Part shown: positions 63,964 to 64,000 of the stretch, piece by piece
How the letters are laid out: each line of letters starts with the position of its first letter
Position numbering within the stretch: the first letter of the stretch is position 1
Assembly: GCA_028826165.1 (NCBI GenBank)
Contig: JAPDFW010000055.1
Location: forward strand, 434,001 to 498,000
Direction: 5' to 3'
DNA: 64,000 nt
Origin: Anaeramoeba ignava BMAN
Taxonomy: Eukaryota; Protista; Anaeramoebae
Translations under genes and position numbers: made by a program
The notes under the pieces: model-generated
The model's input: only the letters and a program-made list of their open reading frames with translations
Told to the model about the DNA's origin: nothing
Databases searched by the model: none

Positions 63964-64000
63964 TTTCTTTTGTTTTTGAAAAATAATTGAAATAAAAAAA

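Noticed and set aside
1-64000. Inteins, transposases, tRNA/rRNA genes
   Set aside because: No Hint/LAGLIDADG, DDE, RT or cloverleaf signatures were recognised by eye; a negative result without profile searches is not definitive.

Overview
Extremely AT-rich, gene-dense, intron-containing eukaryotic DNA using the standard genetic code (GT-AG introns, mostly TAA stops). The expanded BTB/TLDc and RCC1-BTB families and the EN/NQ low-complexity tracts suggest an anaerobic protist such as the metamonad Anaeramoeba; this is an inference. Genes reconstructed by hand across introns, in order: a STRA6-like multi-TM protein with a large Ig-like ectodomain, an RCC1-BTB protein, an ~11 kb disrupted RNF213/mysterin-like AAA+ gene, a BTB-TLDc gene, a Ras GTPase, an ankyrin-DHHC (Akr1-type) acyltransferase whose DHHC motif reads FKWC, neuroguidin/Lcp5, a two-HMG-box protein, two tandem copies of a large Cys-rich multi-TM surface receptor each preceded by a ~153 bp satellite array, FAM172/Arb2, a DH-PH-FYVE RhoGEF, an apparent Atg29 homologue, a ~143 bp satellite array, a second BTB-TLDc gene, and two ubiquitin-like + Cys-rich-domain paralogues. 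One of these paralogues can splice in frame to a start-less two-RRM module. Several introns are inflated by minisatellites. No tRNA, rRNA, CRISPR array or transposase was recognised. All family calls come from motif recognition by eye, not from database searches.
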